From Schmidtea nova (lineage: Eukaryota), in contig CM097882.1 of assembly GCA_044892505.1 (NCBI GenBank), positions 253,394,001 to 253,458,000 of the forward strand: DNA of 64,000 nucleotides, given 5' to 3'. The translations under genes and the position numbers were made by a program. Positions within the stretch are counted from its first letter, which is position 1. The number at the start of each line of letters is the position of its first letter. Shown one piece after another: positions 1 through 12,460 of this stretch. The notes below the pieces were generated by a model that ran no database searches, had not been told where the DNA came from, and worked only from the letters and a program-made list of their open reading frames with translations.

Positions 1-2939
1 ACTACTCCCCATTTATTTTCACGGGTTCTCGTTGCCGCTAGAAGGTCTTACGCGTTATTCTCTCAATGTCTACGCTCAACTTCCTTAAAAAATAACGAAA
101 AGTCTTTTAAATAGAGATTTGATTTAACTACAAACTCCTTACGCTATATAAAACCCAAAATAATGCGCTTCACCTTAAAATTATATTTATTTATAAAAGC
201 TCTCGGAAATCTCCCTCATTAAGTATAACTCATCAAAACTCAAAATCACCGCTATGTCGTTGCATCGCCATGCGCAAAAAAATTTTTGATCTTATTCGTC
301 TTGCGAAAATTTTAATTCTGAAATTAAATCGCTACATGAGATGTAAAATTTCTGTAAAACTCCAAAATTATCGCTGAAAAATGCGCAAACCTCAAAACCT
401 ATTGTTATGTAAAACTCAAAATTATTGCTATGTAATACAAATTGTGCAACACTCAAAAATCCTATCACTGTATGAAACCCTGAAAAAACTATCGCTATTA
501 CCATAAACTATTCTCTATGTGTAACGATCAAAATTGATTATCGAAACTATTCATTATGTGCAACCTCAAAAATATCTGAAAAATCCCAAATACATAAAAA
601 GGTCTAATCACCGTGTGAAGCTACGGGGCTCCACGACGACGACTGACACCCTCACCGCGTTAGCAGCATAGGAAGCATATCTATATAAATAACAATTTTA
701 AATAATAAATCATATCAATTTTCGAAAAAAATTAGCCTCAAAACTTTATTGTGACCACTACATGACAATTGACCCAACACATCTCACTAAAATAACACAA
801 AACAATACCCGTTCAAAATCGATCCACACGACTGGTGAAATGAAAACCAAATTTTTTCTCGCAGTAAATTAATACCGAGGTAAGTTTAGATTGTGAATTT
901 TACTGACGCTTACTTATTTTGTTATTTACATAATTTATTAACGATTTTAACTTACTTATTAGTTTTAATAAGTGAGCATTTATTTATCTTTCATAAATTT
1001 AACTTTATAATTTGATTTATTTATTTTCGAAAATATTTGTTTTTTAATTCTATTAAATTAGGTGTCTATCTATTGTTTTATTGTGCATTTATTGACTAAA
1101 ACAATTTAATTTTAAATCTATTTTCATTCCTATCTCTGTTAATTTTACGATATTTCAATAGGGATTTATTCTATAATTTTTAATAAATTATTTTCTTTAT
1201 TCTGATACTGATTTTATTCTTTGATCATGCTTTTCATAATCACTTTACAAGCACTGATCTTCCCCATTCAATTCTCGTGCGGTCCTTCGTGTGTAAATCT
1301 GACCTGCACTCGAATTGTGTGTTCTCTTTTGAGATGCCTCTTTTTTATCGCTTCAACCCTATCTTGACCGACTTATTAGATGCGGTTCGTATGACTACTA
1401 TTGTACTTAACTGTTTTTATTTTTCCTTGTGTTATTTTACTGCTTAACGTCTTGTCTTGTCTTGCGTTTCTCTTTGTTTTTCTTTGTATGTATTTAATTT
1501 TTAATAAATTTTAATTAAATTTATTTTCGATTTCACCAGCCCAACAGAATATACAAAGCAGATAATATCAGCCAAATCAAATCAATTATTGCGTACCAGA
1601 AAGCCCTAACACAAGAAAAGTGCAAATAAAGAAAAGTGTTATTGACAAATTGTAGTGATCCTGTTGAACTCAGATAAAAGTTATTGTGTTGGATATTATT
1701 GGTTTTTGAAAATAAGGTCATAAGGAGTCAGAGGGCAGTACCGACTTGCATTATTAAGCCAGACACATTTATGTAGAATTTTTATATACAAAATGTTACA
1801 GGTTATGACATACTCCTAGTTCTAGTAATCACTTTAACTGGATCAGTTTATGCTAAATTTATTATAAAATATTTTAAGAAAGGCAGTTACTGTAAAGAAT
1901 TAAATTAAAGAATTAATGTAGTAAAAACACTGTAGAGTTTTTTTAATACGTTAAAAATTTTAAAAATTCAAAACAAATATTTTAAATATTCAAAACATCT
2001 GCCACATTGATAATCAATAGACATCGTCAATTTGATATAAAAATTCGAATTACGATCTGAACATATGCTACTTGACCAGGTATTCCATGGCCCACAATTT
2101 GAGTGGTAATCATGGGGAAGTTAAAATGGCTTTAGTGGACGAAATATTTTGAAAATCGGATTTTATATTTAACAAGCTGTTAGAAAGTCATTTTCCTAAT
2201 TCCCAAACAACTGCAGTGAAATATACAACTCCATTAGCAAGAGTCTAACAGCAAATAAATGTGCTCTAACAATACAAAAAGTTTTGAAATCAGAATCGAG
2301 AAATTTAACTGAGTTACGTTTATCAATTTTTTGAGTTAATCCATTGCAATTAAAAAACCGTAAAATTTTAGAATAATAATCAAAAAAACTGAAATTAAAA
2401 AATTTCACAAATATTTAAAACTTTTTATTGCAGTACGTAAATGTAATAATTTTACTGTTTAAAGTTTTTTTTAAAAAAATTCGATTATTTTTGTGAAAGA
2501 GCATTGTGTGAAGCTATGGTGAATGAATCGCAATCCTCTACAATTAGTATTCAATCAACAACAAATTTATGGAGATCATTTATTAATTCACTAAATCAGT
2601 GCAACTTTAGCATTATATGTTAACTGATTAAGAAGCAGACTGTAATATATTTAAATTATTTTTTTTTTTTAAATAGTTTTTTGTAAATATTTTTATTGCT
2701 AATAGTAGCAAGTCCTAATTGATATTGAAGGTAAGTGATTTTCTATGTCAATTAACAATTATTCATTTTACAGTTGAAATTCATGGGAAACCCCGCCTTA
2801 TTACTGTTGTCCCCTTATCCTCCGCATCATGTGTTGTTATGTTCTTATACTATCATAGTCGGTGTTATTATTTGAAAGATTACAATACAAAAAATAATAT
2901 TTATTCATACTATACAAGGGACAATAAATTTTATCAAAA

Positions 2940-3262
2940 TTATACAAATGTTGACTGTTCAGTTGGGAATGAAACGGCATATGAAGCCTTTGACAACGCA
3001 AAATTGGGATTTTGGACTTTTTCTGGAGAATTCACTGGTGCAATATTGACGGGAGTCTGTGCCGGCATCGATTTCGGGGGTTTTGGAAAGTTTGGAGAAT
3101 TTAAAGTTTCTTTAAAAACTGGATAATCGTTTAAATATTGGTGCATCGTAAGATAGCTGTCCTGGAATGTGGGTCTGATTGTATTTGCCAGGACATCGTT
3201 GTACTGATGCTCGTGCATTATTGGAATCTGACACGGGTCATGAGACAAATCCGGGGGGCATT
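2940..3262 (-). CDS. Terminal coding exon, probably the protocadherin cytoplasmic tail; ends ...EQSTFV* (class I PDZ-binding motif)
   Basis: Open frame with an acceptor (aaatttag|aa at 3263). It splices in frame to the exon at 3315-3420 across a 52-nt GTGAGT...AG intron (EVLK-CPPDLSHDPCQ). The link to the protocadherin is inferred from strand and phase. Confidence 0.7.
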
Positions 3263-3314
3263 CTAAATTTTATTAAACGCAAATCCAATTTAATATTTCA
3301 ATTAAATTACTCAC

Positions 3315-3420
3315 TGAGAACTTCATAACAATCTCGTCCTTTTTTGATGAACATTTCCGGAGTTTGGGAAAAGTTAGGCTGCGTCGCTGTCATGTATTGC
3401 TGGGCATAATAATTGCTCTG
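3315..3420 (-). CDS. Penultimate coding exon (QSNYYAQQYMTATQPNFSQTPEMFIKKGRDCYEVL)
   Basis: Acceptor ataatag| at 3421, donor GTGAGT at 3314, 106 nt with no stops. Phase-0 entry matches the phase-0 donor at 18941. Confidence 0.65.
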
Positions 3421-4239
3421 CTATTATCATAAAAAATACAATTCAATTTAAACAAAACGAAAAAAAGTCCAATTAATCAAATCGTTGATATTAAAAAATT
3501 TTGAAAATTATCCAAATTGATGAATTTTAATGAAAAGTTCAATTTATTTAATTATTGTTTTTTGTTTCCAGTTGAAGAAATATTTGAACGATCTTTTCCT
3601 GTTTTAAATTGATATTTTTCGTTGGCATACGTTTCTTCAATTAATAATTTAATTAAAATGGATTTTATTGATGTTTTGAATATTTTGTTTTAATTAGGCA
3701 TAACTTTAAATAAATGTTTAATAATCGAATGGAAAAGGAATTATTGAAAAATGCAAAATCAATATCATAAAGGAGAAATAAATTAAAAAATCGTTAAAAA
3801 ATTGTAGATAAATGTCAATAAATAAAAAAAATAATATTTTAAATAGAAATAAATATTAATATTGTTGAGGATGCCTAAATAATAAATTAAATATTGGCAC
3901 AAATAAAGAAAATGATTGGGGGAAATGAACAAGGTCAATGATGTGATGTTTAACATGAGAGATGGTAAGGTATCTAAATCATTTTCCAAATCTCGAAAAA
4001 ATGTTTTTGTGAACATTCATTTAGGTAATAACCGTTTAGTAAACGAAGAGACAAGTTGTTTCAGTTTCTTTCTGGTTCAGAAAATACTTCTAACAATCAT
4101 GGTCATATAATTGACTTTCTTCGTGATTTTTTAAAATATTTTTAAAAAAAGGGACACTCAAATTGCTGAAAATTAATAAATAAAAAAAATTTTAATTTAA
4201 TTTTAAATTTAATTTAATATATCTCAAGACCAAATCTAA

Positions 4240-4425
4240 ATTTGTTTTAATAATCAACATTAAATCAGAATTCAGGAGAAAGAAAATATCCAGAAAGAAG
4301 TGGAAAGTCAATTGGAAAGAATTTCGTATTGGAGTGATCAGAATCTTTTAAAGATCGAAATATTTCTTTTAAATAAACATTGCGGAGAAGGCTTAACATT
4401 GTAACCTTATTATTATATTTTAATA
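4240..4425 (+). repeat. Dispersed ~190-bp repeat family copy containing a hammerhead-like motif (GTGATCA-stem-GAAATATT)
   Basis: Clear similarity to 43100-43290, 52890-52990 and 53605-53750 (shared tattggagtgat...gatc...gatc(g)aaat...acattgcggagaaggctt). Confidence 0.75.
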
Positions 4426-5599
4426 AACTCNNNNNNNNNNNNNNNNNNNNNNNNNNNNNNNNNNNNNNNNNNNNNNNNNNNNNNNNNNNNNNNNNNNNNN
4501 NNNNNNNNNNNNNNNNNNNNNNNNNNNNNNNNNNNNNNNNNNNNNNNNNNNNNNNNNNNNNNNNNNNAAATTGCTAAAGATATTGACCTACGAACATTAG
4601 AAAATATTCAAAATCAAATTGGTGGAAAAATCTATCTTAACAAGAGTTGCATTATATGACTATGATTGTTAAAAGTATTTTCTAAACCAGAAAGAAACTG
4701 AAAAACAACTTATTTCTTCGTTTAATAAACGGTTATTATCTAAATACATGTTCACAAAAACATTTTTCGTGATTTGGAAAATGATTTAGAAATTTTACCA
4801 TTTCTTAACACCCATCGGTGATCATCTCGCTATAAAATTATGAATGACTGAATTCACAAACAAGTGCCCCTTAATGAAGCACGAGTTTTTATTATCCTAT
4901 GAGAGAGTACTCGCCAGCTGTAAATTACGCACAACTTTCCACGAAGATATCTCAAGCAGAGGGACGGAGCTTAGAAGGTTGCCGCAATAATTCCATATAA
5001 TGCTATTGCACAGAACATGTTAAGTTAAACACGATTATTTTCTGTAATTATATTAATAAATGAGGGTTGGGGTATTTTATCCTTTATTTTTAACTTTTAT
5101 GAAGCATGCCAGTCGTTGTGGTGGGGACCGTAATCCAACCTAATGGAAGGCACATTCATGGCATATGAAACACTACGTTGTGTATGATGTCTTGGTAGCT
5201 AACTACCTTTAATTAGCCGATATATGATAGCTATAGATAGCAAACTATTGATGCCCATGCCCTATTGACCTCATTTTGTGGATGCAGTGACGACTCTTGT
5301 GGACTCAATTACTTGTCCAGCGTGTCTTTCCGACACAGACATTTAATCACCGCTCTTTAGGACTGGCAATATTAAAGCACATGTTCTTAATCTTGTCTTC
5401 TCTTTTCTTGATATATATTAATAATAATTACTGTAATATTAACAATAAAATAAATTATAATAATAAAGATAAAATTTATAATAATACTTATGTAAATAAT
5501 TATAATTACTATAAAAATAATAATAAAATAATTATTTTTATAATTATAATTATTTCGACTTAAAGTTTTTATAAATTTAAAACAATATTTACATACTTC

Positions 5600-5900
5600 G
5601 GACCGTTTACATATAACCTACTTAATTTGTCCTTAAAAAAAGAAATGTAATTTTTTCATGTTTGATCTTATGTTGACATTAAATTATAATATTTTAGTTT
5701 TCATATATGACCTACTTAATTAGTCCTTAAAATATATACTACCTAGTTAATTTAACCTTTAAAATAAATTATATATATTAATGACCTACTTTATTTGACC
5801 TTAAATTTAACTTTAAATACCAGTAGTGTCTTTAAATTGACCTACAAAAAAGATTTTTTGGGGGGTTGACCTATATATGATGGGGACACATCCTACTACT
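5600..5900 (-). mobile_element. Maverick/Polinton-like terminus (remnant)
   Basis: Reverse complement from 5900 reads AGTAGTAGGATGTGTCCCCATC...CCCCCC, resembling AGTAGTGTGATGTGTCACATC...CCCCCCCC at 59069. Subterminal gacct-rich repeats are present. Confidence 0.55.
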
Positions 5901-7356
5901 ATATTACAAGCTGTATAAATGACCTTGTTCACTTTCAACAAAGGAGTTTTAGGCACTTCTAAGATTTAATACAATAAAAGCTATTTTTTTAAAAATTGCA
6001 TTTAATGGAAAATAAAAATTTATTTCTTTAAAGTTTTAATTTATTATGAAAGGATATTCTGGGCATGGTTTAATTTTGTATATTATAATTTTCATTTTCG
6101 CCCCCCCCCCTTACAACATTAAATATGACCAAAATTTACCTATTTGAATTTAACAAACAACCAACATTTATACTACACACATTTTTATAACGCATTAAAT
6201 CTTCCGAATTTTATTTTTAATAAATATTTATGATTGCAGTACACTAATAATTACGAAAAATAAAAAATATATAGAAAATAAATATAAATAAACATAAACT
6301 AATATTAGTAAATATAAATAAATAATAAAAACTAATAAATAAAAATTAATATTTAAAAATATTATTTTTATAATTTTAAACAAAATTGTGAATTCGATAA
6401 ATAATAAATAATTTCAATAAATGAAAATAAATTATAAAGTAACGTATAAAAAATATTCTATTTATAATTTATAATAATTTATAATAATTTATAATAATTT
6501 ATAATAATTTATAATTAACTAAACAAAACCCATAAATAATTAATAATGTCAATGAATAAAAACAAATAAATAAAAATTCAGTTTATAAAAATATTTTATT
6601 ACTAATTATCAACAAAACCAGAACTAGGTTTTTGCAATTATCCAAAAAATGTAAAACCCTCGCCCTAAAATCTTTTCTAATTTTCGACTCGCTATGCCCA
6701 GCTTTATGATTGTATCCCATCCAGCAGTTGATTAAGCCGATGCCTCACGACAGCAAATTAGCATCATTTGCACGCAATGATATCTATGTTGACAATTCAG
6801 CCTTTCCGATTCCAGTGCAATAAAAAGATAATTAATGAATTTTGTATACTTAAAACAGGAAAAAATATTTTTGATTGAATTTGTTCAGTGGAACAATTAT
6901 CGATTTTATTAATTAGTCCATGGAAATTATTGATTTGTTGTTTTTGCCATTGTTTTGTTTATATATTCGATTGATAATTTACTATTTATATTGGCGAAAA
7001 ATTAATTATTTACTCACTTAATGAAGCTTGATGATTTGAAATGTAGTGGAAAATGGATAGGAAAAAAAATTAATTTAAAAAAAAAATATTTTTTAATTTC
7101 AATTTTTTTATGGTGACATTTTTATTGTTTATTATTTTTTCCAAATTTTATTTGGATAATAAAATGATTGTGTAGGTAATTATAAAACCTGTTAAGTGCA
7201 GCTTTTTTGTTTTAATCAATTTATTTATTTGCTATATTTAAATATTTATCATGATTTAAAATTTGAAAATGATTAGAAATGATAACAACTGAAAATTCCG
7301 AAAATGTTCAAAGTTAAACCAAATTTTATATTTATATATATATATATATACATATA

Positions 7357-8439
7357 CACCAAGACCTCGCTTTGCGACGTTTCGGTATGCGTCATTTTAA
7401 TTTACGTTAAAAAAATTGCATCACTTCATTTTTTTACTTAAATTATTTCATATCGTGTTGTGAACTACAAAAAAAAATATTATGGCGACGTAGAAAATTT
7501 ATAATTTTTTTGTTTGGTTGTTAAGTTCATACATGTTTTGTTTTGTATGTTATAAGTAGTGTATAAAAAAATTGATAATTATATTGACAAATAATTGACA
7601 GCAACTAATAGTTACTAAGATAGTTACATTTTGTTTTTAATTTATTAAAAGTTCTTAAAAATAGATGTTATTTCTCTATATAAGTAAGTACAAAAAAATT
7701 TATCAAACAAAATTTATATTTTAGATTCGGTCTCTGTTTTTTTAGTTTAAAATTATTTTTTGATCGCAAGGGTAATATTCATGAGTAGAAAAGTTGAAAA
7801 AATATCAAGTAAGGCAATAATATTGCAAACTAAATTGGATATTTTAAAGCGTTTTGAAGCAGGAGAATTTAATTGAAACTCCTAAACCGAAAATTCTTAA
7901 TTCGAAACAAATTAGTAAAGCTATGGCTTTATTTGATGAAGCGATTTCTATTTTTACACAAAATGATCCGGTCGAAGAAAGAAGTTCAAAAGCTGCACGA
8001 AACTTAATTGATTGCGTAAGTTGCTACAAGGAGATTGGTTTGCAGAAAAAACAGAAAAAGATCCAGCAAACTTTAAACACTTATATGCGCCCATTACACC
8101 TTAAATTGCATTTAAATAGTATTAATACTACAACAATGCCGGATTCCGAATCTTCTTAAAAAAATTTCAAATTTTAATGAATTCTTTGTGAGATTTTTTT
8201 ACGTTTTTTTATATTGATTTTAAAGAATTTTTTATTTTACTATGATATTTCGTTAAATTAAAGATATTGATTACTTAAAATTTTAATGTTATTGATGAAA
8301 ATTTCGTTTTAATTTTAAAAAAGGAACGTATTAATAAGAATTTACTGCAATTTGACGCAAAATTTATTTTCTAATTGCGACGTTTTTATTGCGACGGCTT
8401 TTTTGGAACCAATTACCGACGCAAAGCGAGGTCTTGGTA
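7357..8439 (+). mobile_element. Internally deleted Tigger/pogo-family DNA transposon
   Basis: TIRs caccaagacctcgctttgcg / cgcaaagcgaggtcttggt with TA flanks. N-terminal CENP-B-type HTH fragment (MSRKVEKISSKAIILQTKLDILKRFEAGE, from 7781) is joined out of frame to a Tigger-like C-terminus (NDPVEERSSKAAR...CYKEI...QQTLNTY, to 8159). Confidence 0.8.
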
Positions 8440-9675
8440 TATATATATATATATATATATTAAGAAATTAAATTAAATTGGAAAATTAAATTTAAATCCA
8501 ATTTTAATTTTTTTTTTAAATAAAAATTTATTTCAAATGTTTTTTTTAATAAAATAATGTATAAATTAATTCAAAATCGAAAGATTGCAATTTTTGAAAG
8601 CGTTAATGAAAAATACTCCTTTTTACATCAAAAGTGAAAATATTTATAATTTATGTATTTTTTAATTGAAAATGTTTCAGAACTTTTTAAAAAAAATATT
8701 AGCGTTTTTCAAAAATATTTGCAGCTATGTCAACGTTTGCGTTATATATTATTGCAAAACAGTGAATAAAATATACAATTCGATTAACTATAAAATTGTG
8801 TCATTTTACTTGATGTAGACATCGAGGCTTTGGTGTAATTTTATATAGTTGTAATGGGACCACGGTAAAATCATTTTATTTCCAAGATAGAAAAGCAATG
8901 AATATTTTTTCCCCAAATTTTTTCCTGTTTGTGCAGGTTTTGTTCTACAATCATATCCAGGCCAGATGTCCACATTTGTAGATACAGTGAAAATATACTC
9001 TGTGCAAATACTCTTTCGTAAATGCTCTTCAGTGTGGAACAAGTACAGAGAGTAAATTATTATATGTAATATGGATTTATGTTTGCTAATTTTATTATTA
9101 AATTATTATTAAAAAACACAAAGAAACCCATTTTATGTAATGTTTGTAAAAGTTGCCATTGTAGGATTAATAGTACTTTTTAACATAATTTATGCTTGTT
9201 TATTTCAATTAATTATCGTAAAGAAGAACAATTAAATATTGGCTTTTATAAGTAGAGTTCTCCTTAATTTTAGAGTATTTTACCCTTTTCGTGGTAAGTG
9301 TTAAGTGATATTTAAAATTAATAATGTAATTAATGAGTGGGGAAAAATAAACTCAAACATGTATCCAATGAAATTCAAGCATACATAATGATATTGTATC
9401 AACTGTTGTGCCAAATAAAAATACCAAAAATTAATATTAATTTTTAAAAAATGTTATACATCAATAAAAACTATATATAAATTATTTTTTTTATAATTTA
9501 TAACTCATTTTATTTCTTTNNNNNNNNNNNNNNNNNNNNNNNNNNNNNNNNNNNNNNNNNNNNNNNNNNNNNNNNNNNNNNNNNNNNNNNNNNNNNNNNN
9601 NNNNNNNNNNNNNNNNNNNNNNNNNNNNNNNNNNNNNNNNNNNNNNNNNNNNNNNNNNNTTGTAGTGCCTTAGAT

Positions 9676-10368
9676 CAGTGGTTCTCAAACTTTTTGAAGT
9701 CGGGGAACACTAAACTCTGATACATTTTTAGGCGGAACATCTACAGTACAACATAAACTTTAAAACATCTTCATTATCTTTTATTCTACTAGTGCTAGCA
9801 GTAGCATTATCATTATCGTAATCAAGACGAGGTTTCTTTATGACGTACTTATCCGTTACTATAATATAAATTTTAAAAAAATTGCAATATAAATCAATAA
9901 ATAATATGGTGCAAAACTTACCTAAATTTATTTAATTAAAAAATTTCAAATTGAGAGAATTAAAAGTTGAACTGCATATGAATCACATTACCACGCGAAT
10001 ATATTGTAAAAGATTTATTTAAATTATATGTGTAGAGATCTTCGTATAAAGCCGATTCTACTATAACTGTCTTACAATTCGCAGCCGGGCAGATGTCGGG
10101 CGCTTGTGAGAAATGACATTAAATATTAATTGTAGAATTTAATAAGTTGATTTTTGATAACTGCAATAATATTTTATGTTTCCAAGAAATAATTTTAACC
10201 CCATTTGTATTTATACAAAGCCGAATGGTACGTATACCTTTTTATATTGAATTGATTTTATTTTGCGAACAATTTTTAATTGAATTGTACACTTGATTTT
10301 TTCGCGGAACACTTGAAAGTGATGGCCGGAACACCAGTGTTCCGCGGAAGATGCTTTGAGAACCACTG
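9676..10368. mobile_element. Non-autonomous hAT (Charlie-like) element
   Basis: TIRs CAGTGGTTCTCAAA / TTTGAGAACCACTG; 8-bp TSD ccttagat / cctttgat (1 mismatch). Confidence 0.85.
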
Positions 10369-10468
10369 CCTTTGATTATAAATTTCTCTTTTTAATTAAT
10401 TAATTTATTAAATAATTATTGAATGGAAGATTTAAATATCATTGTTTTAATATTTAATTTTTTCTGAG

Positions 10469-11028
10469 ATACTTTTTTTCAAATAAATCCAACATGGTCC
10501 AACAAGAACTAACTATTTTTAATTCAAAATCAAAAAAAGAAGTCAAATGAAATACTTTCAAATCCAAACGTCGTGACGAATCCGAGATTTGTGGAAATAC
10601 CGAGTGAAAAGAAGCTATCTGAATCGAAAACTTACACACTATCTGATCGTGTCAATAAAAATCATCAATCATTGAATACGACAATTCTTTCGTCTTCATC
10701 TCAATTATGTACTCCGATTGGAATAGCAAATTCTCATTTATTCAACCAATTTCAAAACAATCGTCAACATTTCTCGTTCTTAAACATTCCTAATGCGTTT
10801 TCGATTTTCAGTGGCTGCAATATGAGTCAATGTGAAACCAATAAAGAATTCAACCAAAAACCATCGAATCCCATACACAATATGTGTAATGTACAAACAA
10901 TACAGAATTCCAGCACAATCAATAAGAATCAACGGACTAGGCTGTCAAAGATGTCATTGATGTTAATGCTGAATATATGTTTTGTCTATTCGACTTATAT
11001 CAAAAATATTGTTTTTCTACAATTATAA
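10469..11028 (+). other. Candidate coding exon or ORF of unknown product (S/N/Q-rich), antisense to the protocadherin
   Basis: 151-codon open frame; no long minus-strand ORF (longest 61 aa). An upstream extension (MVQQELTIFNSKSKK) joins if one A is removed from the 7-A run near 10532-10538. Confidence 0.3.
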
Positions 11029-12324
11029 TTATAATATATTATAATAAACTATACTTATAAAATATAATAATAATAAAAAAAATAAAAATTAATATTAATA
11101 ATAAATAATATTAATTTTTGGCATTTTTATTAGGCAAAATTATTATTAGGCACCACATAATATTGTATCAACTGCTATATCAACTACATATACCAGTAAG
11201 CATTCATCTAGAATTTAAAACACTAAATAACATTTTAAATAAGTAAATTTTTGGGTAAATTTTTGAATTGGGAAAAAAAGATTTTTTGATTAATTGTCTG
11301 AAAAAGGGGAAAACAGAATTTATGAAGAAAAATATGAATTATTTATTTAACTTTAAAAACTTTATAATAAGTAGCATTAAATGAGTAAAAATTCTTTAAA
11401 AGTTTTATTCAAAGAAATTTTCGGATTATAAAATAACCCTTTACAATAAAATAGGATTCATAGCTGATGTTTTAATCTATCCGACTGAATATCTCTCTTT
11501 TTTTTTCTTTTGCAGATAACTTGAGATTTTACAAGATTTGAAACAAACATAAAACAAGCACGATTTTAACTACTTTGATCATTTTTATTGTATAATTCAT
11601 TATTAAAATTTCTGTTCCAGGAGTTTAAATATCGTAAGTTTATTTTTAAATAGATCATTGTAACTATTTCGTCAGGTAAATGTCATCTTTTATTTGTCAT
11701 TGAATTTTACATATTTAAGCCAAGATTTTTTTAAAACATTTTATTTATCTTTATTTTTATTTAAAATTAAAATAAAATAATATAAAAATAATATAAAAAT
11801 AATATTCTATAGTCTTAGAAATATTAATATGAAAATTATTGAATCAAAAATAGAGCTCAAAGGTGAAACCAGAAGATAATTTTGATTCTTTATATTTATT
11901 TTTTTAGTATTTTTAAATCATAAAGTCGCTAAATTTCAAATGTTGTTTCAAGTACATGGACCAAACCATCATCAATAAGATTCATTTCGGAAAGTTATAG
12001 GATGCCGAATCCATTTGGCATTTGCAGAATACACCCACTAAATTAAGTTTTTACAAAAAAAATTTTAAAAAAGAGAAAGTCTGATTTCAAAAACTGTGGA
12101 TTATGATTTTGCCTTTTTTATTCACTTTTCCCACTGATACTGAAATTGTTGATGATAGCTGAAAAATGGAATAAATTGAAATACAACTTGACCCTATGTT
12201 GTTATTTCAGAATTCTTACCAATGTCGGCTTACAAAAGTGTTTGTTTTTTTCATTTACGGTTATACTGTCAGAATTAACTTTTATTCTTTTTTTAATTCA
12301 ATAATTTTCATATTAATAATTGTA

Positions 12325-12460
12325 TGACTATATCAAAATATTTTGGCTGTTAGGAATTCACACACAGCGTTTATCAAGTGTGTATAATACACACTTTAAT
12401 AGAGGCTGTGCCGAAACATCGTGTATCTAACAACCAAAAAAAATATTTTTAATCTAGTCT
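12325..12460. repeat. Decayed head-to-head foldback of the Penelope 3' end/hammerhead family
   Basis: acagcgtttatcaagtgtgtat-aat-acacactttaatagaggctgtgccgaaac is homologous to the 17867-18062 palindrome. Confidence 0.7.

Noticed and set aside
1-10. ACTACT at the window start as a Maverick end
   Set aside because: The upstream context is outside the window, so a 6-bp match cannot be evaluated.
2719-3126. 135-aa plus-strand ORF
   Set aside because: It is the antisense shadow of the spliced minus-strand exon and its UTR, and it runs through an intron-like segment.
8806-9051. Exon-like block as a protocadherin tail exon
   Set aside because: No acceptor/donor pair on either strand gave a phase-compatible, stop-free join.
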